Below, piece by piece: positions 9,417-14,904 of a stretch of DNA of 14,904 nt; within the stretch, counting starts at the first letter, position 1, and the number at the start of each line of letters is the position of its first letter. The stretch covers positions 1,055,863-1,070,766 of the forward strand of contig CP054849.1 in assembly GCA_044358425.1 (NCBI GenBank), given 5' to 3'. This DNA is from Marine Group I thaumarchaeote (GTDB taxonomy: Archaea; Thermoproteota; Nitrososphaeria; Nitrososphaerales; Nitrosopumilaceae). The position numbers were made by a program, and so were the translations under genes. Under the pieces are notes generated by a model. That model searched no databases. It saw only the letters and a program-made list of their open reading frames with translations, and had not been told where the DNA came from.

Positions 9417-9429
9417 CTGAAACTTCAAA

Positions 9430-10209
9430 TCAAGAAATTATTTTCTTATTGACTCTATTTGCAATATTTGCAGCAATTCCACCAGCAGCAATTCCATTAT
9501 CGATATTGACAACAGATAATCCTAAAGAGCAACTTTGTAACATAGATGCTAAAGCTGCAATTCCTTTTTCACCATATCCATATCCAACGGATGTTGGGAT
9601 TCCAATAATTGGTATATCTACAAGAGTAGAAACCAAAGTAGCCAAAGCCCCCTCCATTCCAGCTGCAACAATAATACAATCAACATCCTCTTCAATCATT
9701 TTCTTTAAAATTGGAAATATTCTTTGGATTCCAGCAACTCCAACATCATAACTTGTGATACATTTACAATTCATTGCTTCACACATTAATCTAGATTCTT
9801 CAGCAACTCCAATATCAGAAGTTCCAGCTGTCAAAATACCAACTGTTCCTCCATGGAATTTAATTGGTTTTTTAAATATCAAAATAGTTGATGAATTTTT
9901 TCCTGTAGAGATTTTTACTTTTAATGTTTTTACGAATAAAAGTAATTTTTTGTAATGCTCTTTTTTGATTCTTGAAACAAGAACAGAATTAGTTTTTTCT
10001 AGAGTCTTTTTAATGATTTTTTTAATATCATCTAATTCCTTAGTTTCTGCAAAAATTACTTCTGGAACTCCCCTTCGTTTACTTCGATTAACATCAATTT
10101 TGGCAAAATTTTCGACTTCCTCAATTGAATATAATGTTAAAAGTTTTTTTGCATCTTTGGTAGAAATTTTTCCAGATTTTACGGATTCTAAAATTTCATT
10201 GATTTTCAA
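9430..10209 (-). CDS. larB: Nickel-pincer cofactor biosynthesis protein LarB (NaAD carboxylase/hydrolase, PurE/AIR carboxylase-like)
   Basis: Motifs FAKID..R..RRGVPEVIF, TAGTSD..VAEE, DVGVAG..R, AGMEGAL, PTSVGYG and MLQSC..G..VVNIDNG. TTG start. Clustered with larC and larE. Confidence 0.93.
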   Translation of the reverse strand: MKINEILESVKSGKISTKDAKKLLTLYSIEEVENFAKIDVNRSKRRGVPEVIFAETKELDDIKKIIKKTLEKTNSVLVSRIKKEHYKKLLLFVKTLKVKISTGKNSSTILIFKKPIKFHGGTVGILTAGTSDIGVAEESRLMCEAMNCKCITSYDVGVAGIQRIFPILKKMIEEDVDCIIVAAGMEGALATLVSTLVDIPIIGIPTSVGYGYGEKGIAALASMLQSCSLGLSVVNIDNGIAAGGIAANIANRVNKKIIS

Positions 10210-10242
10210 TAATTACAATAATTGATATCTATACTAAAATGC

Positions 10243-11157
10243 TTAGATTTCAATACCAGAAAGTGCATCTTTGACATTAGCAACGCCTTTGTCAAACATA
10301 GTTCTTTCTTCATCATTAAGATCTAACTCAATAATTTTCTCTACACCGTTTTTACCAATTACAGCTGGTACACCAATTGTAACATCAGAATGACCATACT
10401 CACCATCAAGATAAGTTGCTACTGGAATGACTTGTTTTCTATCTCTAACTACTGTTTCAATAATTGCAGATATTGCATTTCCTGGTGCATGTACTGTGGC
10501 ACCCTTTAATTCAATTACTTTAGCTGCAACTTGTTTTGTGTTTTGAACAATCTCATCTAATTTTTCTTTTGGTAAGAATGATGAAAGTGGAACTCCAGAA
10601 ACTGATGAAAATCTTGGTAAAGGAAGCATGTTTTCTCCATGTTCACCAATTACTAATCCTCTAATAGAATCTCTGGAATGACCAGTAGATTCATGAATAA
10701 ATTGTCTAAATCTTGATAAATCTAACATTCCACCCATTCCAAACACTCGACTTCTATCAAATCCAGATACTTTTTGAGTAATGTATGCCATTGGGTCCAA
10801 TGGATTTGAAACTGGAATAATCATGGAATCATCAGCATATTTTTTAATATTTTCTGTTACACTTTTTACAATTGAAGCATTAATTTTTAGCAAGTCCATT
10901 CTTGTCATTCCTGGTTTTCTAGCTGAACCTGCTACTACCACGACAATGTTTGATCCTCGAATATCCTCATAATCATTTGAACCCTTAACTTCTACATCAA
11001 TACCTTGTTCAGATAACATGTGATTGATATCCATGGCTTCACCTTGTGGCAATCCCTTTGCAACATCAAGTAACAAGATTTGATCATCTAATTTCTTTAA
11101 TGCTGAAAATAAAGCTGCATCTCCACCTACTTTACCAGATCCAATAATTGTAATCAT
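10243..11157 (-). CDS. mdh: Malate dehydrogenase (LDH-like tetrameric family, NAD-type)
   Basis: GSGKVG Rossmann loop with Asp at the end of beta2 (LLDV). Substrate loop [14 protein letters not shown] has Arg at the specificity position, where LDH has Gln. Also SNPLD, LDLSR and catalytic GEHG. Confidence 0.92.
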   Translation of the reverse strand: MITIIGSGKVGGDAALFSALKKLDDQILLLDVAKGLPQGEAMDINHMLSEQGIDVEVKGSNDYEDIRGSNIVVVVAGSARKPGMTRMDLLKINASIVKSVTENIKKYADDSMIIPVSNPLDPMAYITQKVSGFDRSRVFGMGGMLDLSRFRQFIHESTGHSRDSIRGLVIGEHGENMLPLPRFSSVSGVPLSSFLPKEKLDEIVQNTKQVAAKVIELKGATVHAPGNAISAIIETVVRDRKQVIPVATYLDGEYGHSDVTIGVPAVIGKNGVEKIIELDLNDEERTMFDKGVANVKDALSGIEI

Positions 11158-11180
11158 GAAAATCAGTGCTAAATTTGAAA

Positions 11181-11224
11181 TTATAAATCTAATGAAATAG
11201 TCAAAATATTAGGCGAATTTATAA
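11181..11224. promoter_or_regulatory. Back-to-back divergent TATA promoters for mdh(-larB) and larC-larE-iscS
   Basis: TTTATAA on the minus strand at 11181-11187, 23 nt before the mdh ATG. TTTATAA on the plus strand at 11218-11224, 22 nt before the larC ATG and preceded by BRE-like AGGCGAA. The spacing fits leaderless transcripts. Confidence 0.65.
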
Positions 11225-11246
11225 GCATTTTTGATAATTTTTAATC

Positions 11247-12473
11247 ATGGTTATTGTTATTGATCCACAAATAGCAGGAATTTCAGGAGATATGCTTTTG
11301 TGTTCTTTAGTGGATTTAGGAGCAGATAAAAATCAGATCGTGGAAGGAATTAAAAAAATAGAAAAATTTCTACCAGATTCAAAAATTAATAAAATGGATT
11401 TTCAAAAAATTCAAAAAAATGGAATTGAATCAACTGAATTAATCTTAGAAATTGATGAAAAAATTTCTGAGAGAAAAGGAGTTGAGATAAAAAATGCAAT
11501 AATTAATTCGGTAAATGAATTACAACTTTCAGATAAAGCAAGAACATTTGCAGAATCATGCATTAATTCTTTAATTTCATCAGAATCAAAAATTCACGGC
11601 ATTTCTGAAGATTCAGTTCATTTTCACGAGGCATCAAGTATAGATACACTGGTAGACATCATTGGAGTTACTATTGCATGTGAAAAATTGAAACTGTTTG
11701 AGGAGAAAATTGTCTGTTTGCCAGTATCAGTTGGAAGTGGAACTGTTAGTTTTTCTCATGGAACAATGTCCAATCCTGCAAGTGCAGTTCTCCAAATTTT
11801 CAAAAATTCTAATTTAACAATTAAAGGAAATAATGCAAATGAAGAGATAACAACTCCTACTGGAGCTTGTATTTTAGTTAATTTGACAGATAGTTCAGTG
11901 AAACATTATCCTTCAATGAATATTAGTTCAATTGGTTATGGGGCAGGTCAAAAAAATTTTGAATCATTCTCAAATGTCTTGAAAATTGTTCAAGGCAGTC
12001 ATGAGAAAACAGAGATGGATTCAGTAAAAATTCTTGAGACAAATGTAGATGATGTTTCAGGAGAGATTTTAGGATATTTGATTGAAAAAATTATGAAAAT
12101 AGGTGCAAAAGATATTTCAATTTATCCAGGAATTACAAAAAAAGGAAGACCAACTAACTTGATTTCTATAATGTGTGATGATGAAAAAATTGAAACAATC
12201 ACAGATATTTTAGTATTGGAAACGGGTACTTTAGGAGTCAGAATATCAGATTCTAATCGGTTAATTGTTGCTAGAACAAATCATAGTTTCTCATTAACCT
12301 TTGAAGGTAAATCTTTTGAAATAAACTATAAAAAATCAACTTACAAGGAAAAAACTCACTTTAAAATAGAATTTGAAGATTTAAAAAATATCTCTGAAAC
12401 ACTTGATAAACCAATTAGAGATGTTGAATTATTTTTGAGAAAAGAAATTGAAAAAAGAGAGGAGACACAATGA
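11247..12473 (+). CDS. larC: Nickel-pincer cofactor nickel-insertase LarC (CTP-dependent cyclometallase)
   Basis: Motifs GISGDML..LVDLG, E..IHG.....VHFHE...D..VDI, HG....PA.A, E.TTPTGA, GYGAG.K, LETNVDD.SGE, KKGRP, ETGTLGVR and EFED. Single continuous ORF. Confidence 0.93.
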   Translation: MVIVIDPQIAGISGDMLLCSLVDLGADKNQIVEGIKKIEKFLPDSKINKMDFQKIQKNGIESTELILEIDEKISERKGVEIKNAIINSVNELQLSDKARTFAESCINSLISSESKIHGISEDSVHFHEASSIDTLVDIIGVTIACEKLKLFEEKIVCLPVSVGSGTVSFSHGTMSNPASAVLQIFKNSNLTIKGNNANEEITTPTGACILVNLTDSSVKHYPSMNISSIGYGAGQKNFESFSNVLKIVQGSHEKTEMDSVKILETNVDDVSGEILGYLIEKIMKIGAKDISIYPGITKKGRPTNLISIMCDDEKIETITDILVLETGTLGVRISDSNRLIVARTNHSFSLTFEGKSFEINYKKSTYKEKTHFKIEFEDLKNISETLDKPIRDVELFLRKEIEKREETQ

Positions 12474-13267
12474 CAAAATTAAATAATTTAGTAGAATGGT
12501 TTGGAGATAAGAATAAAGTAATGATTGCATTATCAGGCGGAGTAGACAGTGCAGTTGTAGCATATGCTGCTTTTCAAGCATTAGGAAATTCTGCAATTGC
12601 AGTTACTGCAGATTACAAAACTTTGTCACAAGAAGAACTTGTATCAGCAAAACAAGTTTGTTCAGAAATAGGCATTGAACAAATGATTTTAGATTATAGT
12701 GAATTAGAAAATGAAGATTTTGTAAAAAACGATTCGAATAGATGTTTTCACTGTAGAATGGAGTTAGGAGATCATTTAATCAAATTAGCTAAAACACATT
12801 GTGTAGAAATCATAGTTGATGGGACCAATATAGATGATTTAGGTGATTATCGTCCAGGAATTCAAGCCTTAAAAGAAAATGGAATTCGAAGTCCACTTGT
12901 AGAAACAAAATTTATCAAATCAGAGATTCGAGATATTGCTAAATCTGTTGGATTGTCTGTTCATGATAGACCAGCAAATTCATGTTTAGCATCTAGAATT
13001 CCCTGGGGTCAAAGAGTAACTGCAGAAAGACTAACTAGAATTGAATTAGGTGAGACTTTTGTAAAACAAATTACCAATCTTAAACAAGTTAGAGTCAGAG
13101 ACATTCAAGGTTGTGCCAAAATTGAAGTGGATAAAGAAAAAATACTGATTTTTGATGAGAACATCATTAATCAATTAAATGAAAAATTGAAAGTAATTGG
13201 ATTTACTTCTGTTGAGATAGATAAAGACGGATATAGGCCTGGAAAAATCAATGTGATTTCAAATTGA
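12470..13267 (+). CDS. larE: ATP-dependent sulfur transferase LarE (PP-loop; three-Cys Fe-S type)
   Basis: Motifs ALSGGVDS, N..NRCFHCR, DGTN.DDLGDYRPG, SPL, SCLASRIP.G and QVRVR. ATGA overlap with larC and SD GAGGAG at about 12459-12464. Confidence 0.93.
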   Translation: MTKLNNLVEWFGDKNKVMIALSGGVDSAVVAYAAFQALGNSAIAVTADYKTLSQEELVSAKQVCSEIGIEQMILDYSELENEDFVKNDSNRCFHCRMELGDHLIKLAKTHCVEIIVDGTNIDDLGDYRPGIQALKENGIRSPLVETKFIKSEIRDIAKSVGLSVHDRPANSCLASRIPWGQRVTAERLTRIELGETFVKQITNLKQVRVRDIQGCAKIEVDKEKILIFDENIINQLNEKLKVIGFTSVEIDKDGYRPGKINVISN

Positions 13268-14433
13268 TCTATTTAGACAATGCAGCATCAACACGAATTC
13301 ACGATGATGTATTAAATTCAATGTTACCTTATTTTAAAGAACAATATGGAAATCCATCATCAATACATAAACAAGGAAGATTAACACGTAAGGCTGTCAA
13401 CAAAGCACGAAAACAAATTGCATCGATTATTAATGCAGATCCTGCAGAAATTTTGATTACATCTGGAGGAACAGAATCCAATAATACAGCACTAAATGGA
13501 ATTACATCACAATTTCCATCTAGCCATATTATTACAACATCTATTGAACATGATGCAATTTTAGAACCTTGTAAAAAATTGAATTCAAAAGGATTCAAAG
13601 TAGATTATCTGCCAGTAGATGAATTTGGTATGATCAGTACAACAGATTTAGAGAATATAATTTCAGATAAAACAAGTATTGTTTCAGTAATATTTGGAAA
13701 TAATGAAGTTGGAACCATTCAACCAATTCAAAAAATTGCCAAAATTTGCCACGAAAATAATACCATTTTTCATACAGATGCAGTTCAAACAATAGGAAAG
13801 ATTCCTGTAGATGTCAAAGAATTAGATGTGGATTTACTATCAATTTCATCTCATAAACTTCACGGACCTAAAGGAATTGGTGCATTATACATCAAAGACA
13901 GAGTAAAGATAGATCCTATGATTTTAGGAGGAGGTCAAGAATTTAGATTAAGATCTGGAACTGAGAATGTTGCAAATATCGTAGGATTTGGTCAAGCATG
14001 CGAAATTGCACAAAATCATTTGGTTGAAAACAGTTCATGGATAAAAAAACTTCAATCTCAACTAGTCAAAAAAGTATTAGATGAAATTCCACAAGTCACT
14101 TTCAACGGTCATGTAGAATCCAGATTAGCCAATAATGCTCATTTTACATTTTTAGGAATTAATGGGGAAGACCTCATTATCAAACTTGATGAATATGGAA
14201 TTGCCGCATCAACGGGTTCAGCGTGTTCAGTCAATACCCAAAAAGCATCACATGTTTTAAAATCAATGGGATTTTCTTTGGAGCAAATTACAGGTTCATT
14301 ACGATTAACTGTAGGAATTTTTAATACAGAAAACGAAATTAATGAAACTGTAGAAATTCTCAAAAAAGTTGTTGCAGAACTTCGCGTAGTTTCACCATTT
14401 AAGGAAAAATATTCTTTTCAATCTAAAGATTAA
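13264..14433 (+). CDS. iscS: Cysteine desulfurase, class I (IscS/NifS-like, PLP-dependent)
   Basis: Motifs IYLDNAAST, GNPSS.H, TSGGTESNN, IEH, NNEVG, HTDAVQ, SSHK.HGPKG (PLP Lys at 13855-13857), RSGTEN and STGSACS (catalytic Cys at 14224-14226). The TTG start overlaps the larE TGA. Confidence 0.93.
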   Translation: MIYLDNAASTRIHDDVLNSMLPYFKEQYGNPSSIHKQGRLTRKAVNKARKQIASIINADPAEILITSGGTESNNTALNGITSQFPSSHIITTSIEHDAILEPCKKLNSKGFKVDYLPVDEFGMISTTDLENIISDKTSIVSVIFGNNEVGTIQPIQKIAKICHENNTIFHTDAVQTIGKIPVDVKELDVDLLSISSHKLHGPKGIGALYIKDRVKIDPMILGGGQEFRLRSGTENVANIVGFGQACEIAQNHLVENSSWIKKLQSQLVKKVLDEIPQVTFNGHVESRLANNAHFTFLGINGEDLIIKLDEYGIAASTGSACSVNTQKASHVLKSMGFSLEQITGSLRLTVGIFNTENEINETVEILKKVVAELRVVSPFKEKYSFQSKD

Positions 14434-14904
14434 ATTTTAATTTGAAATCTATTTCGGGTTAATAAAACTGATGTCATAATTCCTATTGTTAAAATTATCA
14501 TAACAATTGTACCAAACTCTGGAATGACATATGTTCCAATAATTTGTATTTTAGAATCACCTTCCTCAAAATCAATTGAAATTGTTCTAATTTCTGAGTG
14601 AGATGTTTCTTCTTTGTAGGTAGTTTCAACAATATCTCCATTTTGTCTTTCCACTAAAATTATGAATACTTCATCTTTTCCATTCTGTTTTTCAGCATCA
14701 ATATATTTTCTAGGCAAATCTAAAACAATTTTTCCTTCATCAGATGCATCAATATCTACAACCAAGCCAAAAATATTTTCGTCAATTGAAATATCTAATA
14801 ATGTTCCACCTCTAATAGTATAAGGCAAATCAAAGGTTCCACTATTTCCTGCATATACTTCAAATGTATCAGTAGTAGTCAAAACTTCAGAATTAGGAAT
14901 ATAC
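14430..14904 (-). CDS. PEFG-CTERM sorting-domain surface protein (C-terminal part; 5' end outside the window)
   Basis: C-terminal IIGTYVIPEFG, then a hydrophobic TM helix and a basic tail RNRFQIKI. The frame stays open to the window edge (..YIPNSEVLTTTD..), so the TTG at 14882 is probably internal. Confidence 0.9.
   Translation of the reverse strand, partial: YIPNSEVLTTTDTFEVYAGNSGTFDLPYTIRGGTLLDISIDENIFGLVVDIDASDEGKIVLDLPRKYIDAEKQNGKDEVFIILVERQNGDIVETTYKEETSHSEIRTISIDFEEGDSKIQIIGTYVIPEFGTIVMIILTIGIMTSVLLTRNRFQIKI

Noticed and set aside
9430-10209. Calling this gene purE
   Set aside because: The N-terminal extension and the TAGTSD/AGMEGAL/PTSVGYG/VVNIDNG motifs, plus the larC/larE neighbours, indicate LarB.
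9449-10972. Plus-strand ORFs antisense to larB and mdh
   Set aside because: Antisense shadows with no recognisable family features.
10243-11157. Calling this gene lactate dehydrogenase because of the lar context
   Set aside because: The specificity position is Arg (ARKPGMTR), the malate-type residue, not Gln.
13329-14363. Minus-strand ORFs within the cysteine desulfurase gene
   Set aside because: Antisense shadows with no support.

Overview
AT-rich archaeal core-genome window, almost certainly from an ammonia-oxidising thaumarchaeon (Nitrososphaerota, Nitrosopumilus-like). The assignment rests on the unsplit Rpo1 and Rpo2, a PEFG-CTERM protein and an S-layer-type paralog. The left two-thirds (minus strand) is the RNA polymerase cluster rpoH-rpoB-rpoA(A'+A'' fused), followed by an Lsm/SmAP gene, a secreted 392-aa protein resembling the C-terminal part of the Nitrosopumilus S-layer protein, and rpl30e. 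The right third is a divergently arranged nickel-pincer nucleotide (NPN) cofactor biosynthesis locus: larB<-mdh<- | ->larC->larE->cysteine desulfurase. It is followed by the convergent C-terminal part of a PEFG-CTERM surface protein. The best candidate for an undescribed system is this locus. It has complete larBCE with a three-Cys ([4Fe-4S]-type) LarE translationally coupled to a cysteine desulfurase, an embedded malate dehydrogenase, and no larA or other known NPN client in the window. No RNA genes, mobile elements, CRISPR arrays or long repeats were seen. All family calls are by motif recognition from memory, not database searches.
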